Position numbers and translations under genes: made by a program
Source of the DNA: Selaginella moellendorffii
Taxonomy: Eukaryota > Plantae > Lycopodiophyta
Direction of reading: 5' to 3'
Length of the DNA: 64,000 bases
Assembly (NCBI RefSeq): GCF_000143415.4
Contig: NW_003314337.1
Location: forward strand, 202,559-266,558
Shown here: in pieces, positions 24,671 to 36,200 of the stretch
Position numbering within the stretch: position 1 is the first letter of the stretch
How the letters are laid out: each line of letters opens with the position of its first letter
Notes under the pieces: model-generated
Databases searched by the model: none
What the model was told of the DNA's origin: nothing
The model's input: only the letters and a program-made list of their open reading frames with translations

Positions 24671-27600
24671 AATGTATAGTATGTATAGTAGGGATAGTGG
24701 GTAGGTCCGGCATGGCCGACCAACCTGAGGCATAGTCTAGCTCCCACTTGCGTGCCTGTCCTTGTTCTGCGTCCGGCTTGGGTTTAAGCCCAAGTTCCAT
24801 TCCATGCTAGCTGGTGGAGTACCTCACGTTAGGCCACCAGTATGCCAAAATAGTGCCAAACTCCGTTTGGCTCCGTTTTGCGTGCTGGTTCTGGCATTAG
24901 GATGCTGGTTGCTCTAGGACTGTTCCAAGTTGCTTCGGGCTCCTGTCCCTTTGCTCCTTGGGCTAAATGCTCGGGAGTTGCTCCATGGTCCGGTTCCATC
25001 ACTCTTTGGCGTCATGCTTGGGAGTTTGGCACTGTTCTTTCGTTCAGTGTCCCAAGGCCCTGAACCTCGGGTTCCTATGGACACGTGGCATGGACACATG
25101 GTATGTGACACGTGGCATCTGTCACGTGGCACAAAGAGGGTTTAGGTTCCTCTTCGTGGTGTTATCCTATGGTAAATCACCATAGGATAAAGGGTCAAAA
25201 CCACGTGCGCTACATTTGGTATCAGAGGATGAGTCTCAGCGATTACTATTCAATAAGATTGGGCAACTAGTCTCGTTGCATACGCAGAGATGAAAACGAT
25301 GATCCAAGTGGGTACACGTTTTGGTGCAAAGACTTCGCAATCGTTCCTTGGGTATGGATTTGGTTACCTTCTTGTACCGTAATTATGTGAGCTTGCTCTT
25401 GGGCTCATAAGATGGATTTGAGTTGTTCCGGTTGCACGAGTTTGCGCTTGGGCTCGTGAGTGAGGCACATTAGCAACTCAAGGTCACACTTTGAGTTGGC
25501 AGGATTAATGTTAGCCTATCGGTGGTTCCATGAGTTGTTCCATGTACCATGGGTGAAAATAAACTTTCCCTGGGTTTGCTATGAGTGGCAAATAGGCTGG
25601 TCCGTAGCTGTTTAGCGCGGCACTAGTGGATCCTTCCTAGGCATGATTACGAGTGGATCAATCAAGACTGTAGGGATGAGTCTATTGATTCAAGTAATTG
25701 TTGCCGTGCTCTCTCATAAACTTTTCTTCGATTGAACTGAAGGCAGTGCGAAAGCAAGCTTGAGGTTTGGTCAAAGATGAGACCGAAAAGAGAGTCATTG
25801 AGGACGAAGGATCAAACACGTAAATCATCTTCTTTCTTGGAGGGATGATTTGCAACGAGGTGTTAATTTATTGCTCGTGTTCACATCATGCAACCAAGAG
25901 TCCCTACCTTGGTGCATATTGGAAATGATGGTCTTACAAGTGGTGAGTTATGGGATGGATAGCGGTGAAGCGCTATACCATTTTGTTTAGGCTTGCTATT
26001 AGAAGACTTGGGTTGCAATGCTCAATTCTTTTCCGGGGAACCTTGTTATTGCTCCTTGATTAACTTGGTGTTGGATTAGTTTTGAGTTTGGTCAGAAAGA
26101 GAGTGGCATGAGCTTGTCCATGTTGTGAACAAAAGTTAATGGTGTTCAGTGTTATAAATCTTTATTGGTGAAGTGTGGCATTTATGTTGCATTTTGTTGA
26201 ATTGAGTTGACACTTGATACTTACATAAACCTTGGTAGTAATGACATGGGCGTTGCTCGTAGTGTTGCTTGATTAATGATCAAGTCATTGCGATTTATAT
26301 CATATCCATGTGATAATGAGCAATGTGTTTACGAAGTTGCTTGGGTAAATGATGATCAACCCCAAAGTGGTTGATGGAAAAGCTAGTCTACTTGCACAAA
26401 GTAGCATTGTAGTAGCTTTGACTGGATTCTCAATGGTGATCCATTGTGCTAAGCTTAAGTTGGTACCTTGTTTCCTTGAGTTTGCCCATTGGTGTTGGAA
26501 AAGGGTTATAGCATTCACTTGCTATGACTTGTCGGTTTATCCGTTAGCACTTGGAGTAGATTGTTGGATGGAGAAGGTGTGTAGTTGAGGCATTGACATA
26601 GCACTGGTGTTAGTGGAAGTGGCATTGTTATTTCGAGTGATGAGGAATTTTCCTTAGACCTTGATTTTTCATGTCATTTTTCTTATTAGTGTTTTGACTT
26701 CACATTGAATCTTGAAGGTGATTGAAGAAGAGTGTTAATGCAATATGGATATCCGAAGATGTGGTCTTCGTGATCAAGCTTTGGGTGTTCACTTTGCATT
26801 TTGCAGATGTTGGTGTTGGATATCGGTTAGATGGGCAAAGATGTTCGATTGTCGCGAATGTGACTTCGGGTATCGAAAGATACTTGTCGGCCAGTCCTTA
26901 CAGGCACTCTTTCCTTACTGCCACGACGGTAGGAGGTCGGTACTACTGGTCCCTTTTATGGTCTCCACTCAAGCTAGTTGAGAAACTGGTCATCGCAATA
27001 AGGATGGAATTCCTACATGCTATTTGTCAAGCATACTTGACCTAGTTAGAGAAACTCATTCGCTGACTTGCACTTGCTAGTGTTGGGAACCCCCGTGATA
27101 TTGAGACTAGTCCCTCAATATTCGATTGATGATAGCTTACCGTGTCTGCCAAACACCCTCGCTATCATGCCCTTAGTGTTGGTCTCATTTCAGTCCCATA
27201 TGCTATTTATGGAAAGTGTCTAGATTCACTCATTTGGCATATCTATAGAATGTAGAGATCGGCCTGAACACAATGGTGTTCGTCCCGTGTCCAAATTCGC
27301 AATCTAAGGCCATTCCATATTTAGTAAGTTTCGGACTTGTCCCAGAGACTAACTCCTGGTACTAAGGGAGGCTTGGGGTGAAAGCCCAAAGCGTGTGTCC
27401 CTAAGGAGGGGGGGGGGGGGGGGGCTGTGAGGGGTTCCAAATGTATAGTAGGGATAGTGGTTGGAATGCATGTCCAACCACCTGAGACATTAGTTTGGCT
27501 CCCGCTGGGCTGTGTCGCTCCTTGTTCTGCGTCCGGCTTGGGTCTAAGCCCAAGCTCCACGCTGCTCCAGTCGGTGGAGTACCCTCCTTCTCGCGTTAGG

Positions 27601-27924
27601 CCACCGGTATGCCAAAATTGTGCCAGACTCCGTCTGACATCATTTTGCATGCAGATGCTGGATACGAGGAGCTGGTGCTCGTGGGATTGTACCGGACCCT
27701 CGTTTGTAGCGCAACGGGCTTGGAGTTCAGCTCCAAATTCAGGTGTGCTACATTTGGTATTAGAGGAATTATCTCAGCGATTCTTATCCAACTTTTGTCG
27801 GATTTTCTGACTCAAGTTGCATACGCAGAGACTTTTCTAGTAGATCCGAAGCGACCTGTGTAGGATTAGTTGGTAGCACCATTCGGTAAGAACGTTGTAC
27901 GCATGTTCAGTTACTGATAGAGGC

Positions 27925-30900
27925 ATGCATGCAGCTAGCAGGATGGTGAAGAGGAACCGTGCTGATGACGCTGAAACCTCTAGACGGGCGAATCGAGAGG
28001 AGGAAACTCCTGCTAGAGATGCTGCGGAAGGGGCTGAGGCCGAGTCGGAAGAGGATGAGCCAAATGCTGCAGCACTGCAGCGCACGGCTCATGAAGTTGA
28101 GATCGAGAATTTGCGAAAGGAGATTCGCAAATTGAAGAAGAAGAACAAGAAGAGGAAGAAAGAAGCTGAGGTAGCTAAACTAGCCAAGCCTAAGCAACCG
28201 GACTCCTCCTCTAGTTCTGAGGACAATGAAGTTCTGCAGCCGCCCCCGGTTGCACGAGTTTCAAAGTTCAAGCCTCCGAAACCACCCAATTTCAGAGGCA
28301 TGCGGGACTATCAGGTTTTGGAAGACTGGGTCTACGATATGGAGAACTACTTCATAGCGGCAGACGTAGATGATCGTACGAAAGTTGCATGCGCGCAATC
28401 CTTTCTCACCGATCATGCCAAAACTTGGTGGCGCCAGGTGTGTGCTGAAAAAGGGCAGACTAGAAGTTGGACCAAGATGCGGTCTCGTATCCGTAAGGAA
28501 TACTTGCCGGATGATCTTGGTTTGAGACTTCGTGCAGAGCTGTGGCGGTTAAAGCAGCGAGGGGACCTTATGCATTACGTTAATGCGTTTGCTCAGAAGT
28601 GCATTATGATTGCAAATATGAGTGACGAAGATGCTCGGAGTTATTTTCTAGAGGGTTTAAGTTCATTTTCTCGCAATGAGATTTTGAAGTTTAAGCCGAA
28701 GACTTACCTGGAGTGTAAGGAGGCAGCACAGCAAGTTGCCTTTAGTCACTCGCTCATGGAACAATATCAGCAACCTTATGCTGGTAACTCGGATAAGAAT
28801 AGGAATTCTGGGAATAAGCAAGGTGATCGGAAACAAAGGGTGGAAAGTAGGTACCGCCCTGGGGGCTCACAAGCTACGGTTAATAAAAGTGGTGGTGGTT
28901 GGAGACCACCAGCAGCTTCTTCTGGTCCTAGGCCCTCTGTTCCTCCTCCTGGTGGGTACAAGCAGCAGCAACCTGCAAAACCTGCTCCTAGCGGAACGGG
29001 TAGTGTGGGTCATTGCTTCCATTGTGGAGAGTTGGGACATAGGTCCTCGGAATGTCCCAACAAGCATAAGAAAAGGTCTCGAGTTAATGTCATGAGGGAA
29101 GACGGTGGTGGTGAAGCTGAAGGGGTTGACGAGTTGGTCAATACAGACTATGAGGAAGAAGAGGTGAGTAACTTTCGTTGCTTTCCTCAAGCTTTTCTTG
29201 CAGTCAATGCAAACACTGATCTGTTGATGTATCTGGTAGGCTTTGTCCGTGGACACCGAATCCGAGTGATGATTGACACGGGAGCTATGCACAGCGTGAT
29301 ATCCGAAGACTTAGTTAAGTTGTTAGGATTGAATGCTGAGTAAATGTCACCTATGCACTTCCGGTTTGCGGAAGGTGGGCAAGTAGCCAGAAAGTTTGTT
29401 AGTGATGTTCCAATAAAGATATCCAAGTGGAAAGAAAGAGTGGACTTGGTAGTGTTGAAGATACCAGATTTTCAGATGGTGTTTGGTATGGATTTCTTCA
29501 ACAAGTATATAAAAGGGATTTATGGTGCTGGACAAAGTTGTATCATGTTGAAGTCAAAAGGACATCTTGATGTATCCTTTCAGTTGCAAAAGCGTTCCTC
29601 AAAAAGATTGGGATGCAAAGTTCCTGACTGCGAGGGCCGCTCAAAAAGCAGCTAAGAGGGGATGTCAGACCTTTTGGGTTCAAGTGATGGAAGCTGAGGG
29701 TATTGGAGACTCAGTTCGAATCGGCGACGGGGTTGATCCTGTACCAAAGAAGATATTGGAGTTGTTGGCGAGGAATCAGGATATCTTCCCGAAGGATTTG
29801 CCGCCAGGGCTACCACCTAGCCGTGAGGTTGATCATCGGATTGAGGTTATTCTGGGTTCTAAACCACCTACGAAAGCTCCATATCGGTTGAACATCAAGG
29901 AGATGGCTGAACTCAAGAAGCAACTCACAGAGCTTCTTGACAAAGGTCATATCCGACCAAGCAAGTCACCATATGGAGCGCCGGTCCTCTTCATTATGAA
30001 AAAGGACGGAACCATGAGGATGTGTATTGACTATCGGGCACTCAATAAGATCACGGTTAAAAACAGTTATCCTTTGCCTCGCATTGATGACTTGTTTGAC
30101 CAACTCTTAAAGGCTAAGTATTTTACACGACTTGATTTGTGGTCCGGGTATCATCAGATACGGGTGGCGGATCAGGATGTGGAGAAGACAGCCTTTAAGA
30201 CTCGGTACGGATCTTATGAGTTCCTTGTCATGCCATTCAGGTTATGCAATGCTCCAGCAACGTTCAGCACTATGATGGATAGAATATTCGGAGATTATTT
30301 GGATGCATTTGTTGTCCTATATATCGACGATGTTCTAATCTTTAGTGAAACGTTGGAGGATCATTTGAAACACTTGGAGCTGGTGTTTCAGAAGTTGCGC
30401 GAACACAAACTGTATGCTAAAGAAAGTAAATGCGCTTTTGGACAATTGCGCGTAAACTTTCTCGGACATATAGTTGGTGGTGGCGTGATTGAGGTCGATC
30501 CAAAGAAGGTGGAAGCAGTGAAGTCCTGGGAAGTTCTGACCACTGTATCTGATATTCGATCCTTTCTCGGTTTGGCGGGATACTATCACAAGTTTGTCCG
30601 CAATTTTGCAAGGATTGCTCTTCCGTTGACTGAGTTGACGAAGAGTAGTATTCCGTTTCATTGGACACCAGCTTGCCAGCGTGCTTTTACACAGTTGAAG
30701 GAGATCTTGACTACGGTTCCTGTTCTCAGGATCCCAGATCTTGATAAACCCTTCGAAGTGCATTGTGATGCATCTGGCTATGCTATTGGTGCTGTGTTGC
30801 AGCAAGATTGTGACAAAGCGGTTGGTGTTATGCTAAGGCGACATGGTTGTCCTGTTGCGTTCTACTCCAAGAAATTGGATGAAACTCAATGAAGATGGCC

Positions 30901-32659
30901 AACACATGAAAAAGAGATGTTTGTTATAGTGTCGACCCTGGAACACTGGAGACACTACTTGGGTGGACACACCAAGGTTTATATAGATAGTAACACACTA
31001 AGCTACTTTGCTACGCAGCCTAAGCTTATGCCGAAGCAGGCTCGTTGGCAAGAGAAGCTTGCTAGATATGATATCGAAATCATATATAAACCTGGTAAAG
31101 ACAATATTGTTCCGGATGCATTGAGTCGACAGGCTCAGTTCCGAGCAATATCAGCCATCAGTTCAGACTGGTTGGAGGACGTTCGGACTTCGTATGGAAG
31201 TGATCCATTGGCGAAGACAATCTTACGCCGTGCAGAGTTGTCGAAGCAGAGCCTTGGTAGCAAAGCAGCAAAAGTTGCTAGTTGCACTAATGCGAAACTT
31301 CACTTCTCAGTTCGGGATGGGCTTATATTCTATAAGCAAGAAAGATTGTATCTTCCCTCTAAGGATCTTCAGCAGTTATTTCTACGGGAACATCACGATG
31401 TTCCAGCAGTGGGACATGGTGGACAACGAAAGACTCTGGCTTCATTGAAAAAGGGATTTTTCTGGTCTGGTATGAAAGATGATGTAGCGGACTATGTCTG
31501 TTCCTGTCCTGTATGCCAGCAATGTAAGCGCAGAACTGAGAAGCAGGCTGGAAAGTTGCACTGCATTCCAGCACTGGCATGGCCATTTCAAAGTGTGACA
31601 CTTGATTTCGTCACTTGCTTGCCGAAGTCTAAGGGTTATGATACTTTGATGGTGGTTGTGGATCGGTTGTCAAAGATTGCACACTTCATTCCAACTGTGG
31701 GAACAGTAAATGCGAAACAAGCAGCAAAGCTCTTTTTCCATGAAGTAGTGCGAGTTCGTGGTCTTCCTGAAGAAATGATCTCAGATAGAGATTCGAGGTT
31801 TACGGGGAAGTTTTGGGGGACCCTATTCCAGTTGTTTGGTACCAAGTTGAAGTTTAGTACAGCTTATCATCCTCAAATTGATGGGCAGACCGAACGCGTG
31901 AATGCTCAAGTTGAGGATTATCTGTGGTACTATGTCGCAGTGGACCAAAGCGATTGGATTGAGCATTTGGATACAGTAGAAATCTGTTATAACAACACAT
32001 TTCACAGTGCTATAGGCTGTTCTCCATGGGAGATGCTGCAAGGAAATGCTCGTGGGGTTCCTCAACAGATTGTTGTCCCAAAACCAATGACCGAAGTGTT
32101 GGTCCCAGCTGTTGAAACTTATGCGGAGCAGCTATGCCACGGTTGGTCTAGAGCTACTGAGGCGATGGGCAAAGCTCAAGATAGGTATCGACGTGATAAA
32201 GATCAGCATCGTCGGGATGTATCCTATCTAGTGGGAGATCAAGTGTGGCTATCTTCCCGGAACTTGAACATCAAGGGTTCTTTGTCTCGGAAGCTCTTGC
32301 CGAGATATGTTGGACCTTATCGGGTGTTAAAACGAATTGGTGATGTATCCTATCGGTTGGATCTTCCTGCGGAGATGTCCAATATTCATAATGTATTTCA
32401 TGCCAATCTCTTGGCTCCTTACACTATGGATATTACACGTCAAGGGGAGATTCGCCCGCCACCAGACGTTGTGGACGGTGAACCTGAATACGAAGTTGAA
32501 AGCATTTTAGCTTATCACCGGAAATGTGGTGGTCGTGCAAAGGAATATCTAGTTAAGTGGAAAGGTTACCCGACTTGTGAATCAACTTGGGAACCTCTTA
32601 GTAATCTTACCCATGCTCGTGAGCTTGTCACGGAGTATGAGAATAGTAATAAAGCCTAG
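27925..32659 (+). pseudogene. gag-pol of element B, disrupted by two stops and one frameshift
   Basis: CFHCGELGHRSSEC knuckle, IDTGA protease, [15 protein letters not shown] RNase H, HHCC/DDE integrase, GPY motif, chromodomain EYEVESIL..YLVKWKGY..STWEP. Lesions: TAA at 29341, +1 A in the run 29601-29605, TGA at 30890. Confidence 0.95.
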
Positions 32660-32759
32660 CTTTTGTAAATCTTGTAATAAATCTTGCAAATTAATCAATT
32701 AAAATATTTCTATCACTCAAAGTGTCGTTTCTCTCGATCATTTGTACTTGGGTCAGTTT

Positions 32760-33267
32760 TGGCAGGCTGACTTCAGCACTTCGGTGCATGGGTCCAATCC
32801 ATAACCATGGGGATAACTATTATAGACTGATCACAAGTCCCCGCCTCTCTCTCGATGACTCCTTTTCGAAAAGGGGCGTGGTCGTGTAAACAACTTAATC
32901 TGCCAGTTTATAATAGTTGTCTAAATCTTCCCGATGGGGTTGATTTCTTGCTCAGGGGTAGTTGGGCCTCTGGCCTTCTCCCTATATCCCTGCGGGCAGG
33001 GATGTATCATTCCTTTGTAAGCTGAGTGGTACTCGGAGCAGCAAGGGTGGCTAACTCCGTTGATCATTTCCTTGTCGGCGACGGCTGGAGGGTGTCTGGG
33101 TCTTAACGTCTTTGGACGTAGAGGAGAGGTCGTTCCATAACTCATTTAAGTCGGTGTATTTCCCACATAGTGTGCTTTCCGTTAACTTTCGAAGTTGTTT
33201 CCTTGACGGTTTGCTAGACTCGGGTATGCATCAACGAGGACGTCGATCTTCCCTAAGGGGGGGAGAG
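32760..33267 (+). ncRNA. Candidate structured cis-acting RNA domain between pol and the PPT (homologues at 37097-37608 and 58846-59340 minus)
   Basis: Multiple helices with compensatory changes between the A and B copies, and c(TTCG)g loops. Function unknown; see findings. Confidence 0.55.
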
Positions 33268-36200
33268 TGTCGCGAATGTGACTTCGGGTATCAAAAGATA
33301 CTTGTCGGCCAGTCCTTACGGGCACTCTTTCCTTACTGCCACGACGGCAGGAGGTCAGTACTGCTGGTCCCTTTTATGGTCTCCACTCAAGCTAGTTGAG
33401 AAACTGGTCATTGCATGTGCACTTGACCAGATGAGCATAAGGACGGAATTCCTACATGCTATTTGTCAAGCATACTTGACCTGGTTAGAGAAACTCATTC
33501 GCTGACTTGCACTTGCTAGTGTTGGGAACCCCCGTGATATTGAGACTAGTCCCTCAATATTCGATTGATGATAGCTTACCGTGTCTGCCAAACACCCTCG
33601 CTATCATGCCCTTAGTGTTGGTCTCATTTCGGTCCCATATGCTATTTATGGAAAGTGTCTAGATTCACTCATTTGGCATATCTACAGAATGTAGAAATCG
33701 GCCTGAACACAATGGTGTTCGTCCCGTGTCCAAATTCGCAATCTAAGGCCATTCCATATTTAGTAAGTTTCAGACTTGTCCCAGAGACTAACTCCTGGTA
33801 CTAAGGGAGGCTTGGGGTGAAAGCCCAAAGNNNNNNNNNNNNNNNNNNNNNNNNNNNNNNNNNNNNNNNNNNNNNNNNNNNNNNNNNNNNNNNNNNNNNN
33901 NNNNNNNNNNNNNNNNNNNNNNNNNNNNNNTATGGGGGGTTCCAAATATATAGTAGGGATAGTGGTTGGAATGCATGTCTGACCACTTGAGACATTAGTT
34001 TGGCTTCCACTGGGCTGTGTCGCTCTTTGTTCTGCGTCCGGCTTGGGTCTAAGCCCAAGCTCCACGCTGCTCCAGTCGGTGGAGTACCCTCCTTCTCGCG
34101 TTAGGCCACCGGTATGCCAAAATTGTGCCAGACTCCGTCTGACACCATTTTGCGTGCAGGTGCTGGATACGAGGAGCTGGTGCTCGTGGGATTGTATCGG
34201 ACCCTCGTTCGTAGCGCAATGGGCTTGGAGTTCGGCTCCAAATTCAGGTGCGCTACATCGATGCTTAAGCATATTGATGGATCATGAGAATTTGTGTTGA
34301 GGTGAACTTATGTGAATTTGTTAGTAGGAGGAAGTTGGTTGAGTTTTGAAAGTTTGCATTCTTGGACTGAGAGTCATTCTTTCTCTAGGATGGAAAATTT
34401 TCCACAAATTTTCTTAGACTTTTCCAATGGCTGATCTGTTAGTCACTTTGCTCGAAAACCATTCCGTTTTCGTAAGCCAATACAAACTGTTGAAGGGGTT
34501 GGAGTTGGCTTCGGTTGGCTTAAACCTTAGTAGATAGTTTGTATGATGCGGCCTGAAAGGGATGTTAACTTTTGGGGCTAAGGCAATTGAGTTGAATAGA
34601 GTCTGGAGTTGGTGTAGAAAAGTGGCCGTTGCGCTTTTCTAAGAAGGGTGACCCTTGTGCCTTTCTTTTGTAGCATTATGCTCGGTAGCAGGTTGCACCT
34701 TGCATTTCACGAAGACTCAATGAGAGTAGTGAGCTCTCACTGATCTTGACTTAGTCTTGGTAGCACTGCGCTTTGGCTGGGGATGGTGATGTCCAACTTA
34801 GTTGTTTAAGGTTGAGATGTTAGTACCCGTTCTATAGCTTTGTCTATGAGGAGGTTGTGTACCGACATGAGTCCATCTCATGATCTTCACTTTTGTTTCG
34901 ACTGAGTGTTGATCACATAGCTAGCTTCTTCAAGGCATGCTCAGAGCTATTGACTAAATGCATTAGTGAGCTTATTGCGGTTGAGTTGGATTCGAGTGGT
35001 CATTTAGTTTGTGCTTGTCTATGAACTTTTATCTCGTACTTGGGGTATCACGTTCTTGTTGGATGAGTATATAACATGGTGATAAGCATTGGTGTTTAGG
35101 TCTTGTGAAGGCAAGTTGAGGAGTGATTGTTAGTTGCTTTGCGACTAGTGATTACTTGTAGACTTCATCAAGGACTGTTGACACTTGTTTTGCTCGATGA
35201 TAATTTAGTAGTGATGGGCTTGCTTTACCGGATGGTGTTGCGGAGGATCGTGTCGTTAGACATACATGGGTTTTCCATGTTGGCATGTCGAGTCTATCTT
35301 TGTTGATATCATTTGGTTGCGTTTAGTTCGTGGTGTTAGATTTCATTGAGTCTTGGACGTGGTGAATAACTCCTTGATGAAGTGTTATCTGTAACTGAGT
35401 TTTGTTGGAGGATTGGTCTCGGATACTGACTAAAGTATCTTCAACTTTGATTAGCTTGGTTGCTGGAGAGTTTTGAGTGGTGATTCACTCGTGCTTTCTT
35501 CTAGCTTTGTTTTGGTGTTGATGGCATTGAAGTGATGTTTTGTCATTGACATTGTTGATATTGAGAACTGAGTGAAATGAGATATCCTTCCAAGGATTGA
35601 TATTGAGTTTCATTAGTCTTGATGAATATAGTGTTGATGATTTGGCTATAGCTTTGTGTTGTTAGCATTCATGCATTTACTAGTTAGCAACTGTGTTAAC
35701 GTTCAAACGAACTGAGTGGCAAGTTGAGTTAGTTGTGTTCTAGACGAGATTATTTAATAGAGAGTTGAGCTTTAGCTTTTCCTTGAAAAGTGATTTAGTC
35801 GTGGACTATGCTAACTCTACGAGCGAAAGAGTTAGTGATCAATATTGGAAAGTTTGAATCCTTATTGGGTTTGAATTGGAATATATTGATCATTGATGAT
35901 TCCCCTTGTGCTTGTTACGATGTAAGATACGTCTTGCTATAGATGGATTCATGGAGGATCGATTAGATGATCACTTGTTGAGCATAACTTCGTTATGCTT
36001 GGCTTTTGGATTGATGCAGACATGCTCTTCATTAGTTTTCGCATTATGAAGTTTAGCTTATGGATGTATTGAAGGGGATATTGTGGTTCTACCATGATTT
36101 CTTCTTTAGCATTGAAGTTAGTTCGTGCGAGACTTGTGATCATTGTTAGGCAAGACTTGGCTATAGGCTTCTTCGAACTTTTGGTCCTTTGAGTTTATTA

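Larger units (their letters stand above)
26850..34257 (+). mobile_element. Element B: Ty3/gypsy chromovirus nested in element A
   Basis: LTRs 26850-27752 and 33268-34257, perfect TSD TCGAT, PBS TGGTATTAGAG, PPT before 33268, domain order gag-PR-RT-RH-IN-chromodomain. Confidence 0.97.

Noticed and set aside
24055-25185. Short ORFs repeated in LTR copies (also 27321-27863, 33112-34300 and 37469-38718)
   Set aside because: They recur only because the LTRs are repeated. They show no protein motifs, and frames are not conserved between subfamilies.
29550-29655. Programmed +1 frameshift between protease and RT in element B
   Set aside because: The paralog C has four As (CCTC-AAAA-GATTGG) where B has five (29601-29605), and C is in frame. 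This is a 1-nt insertion or sequencing error in a single gag-pol ORF.
30890-30892. Read-through stop in RNase H
   Set aside because: B has TGA and C has CAA, both one transition from CGA, which is ordinary CpG decay.
32760-33830. Hammerhead ribozyme (retrozyme) or Cassandra-type 5S rRNA domain as the identity of the structured region
   Set aside because: I could not find a correctly flanked CTGATGA...GAAA core or 5S rRNA similarity by eye. An Rfam search is needed for a firm exclusion.
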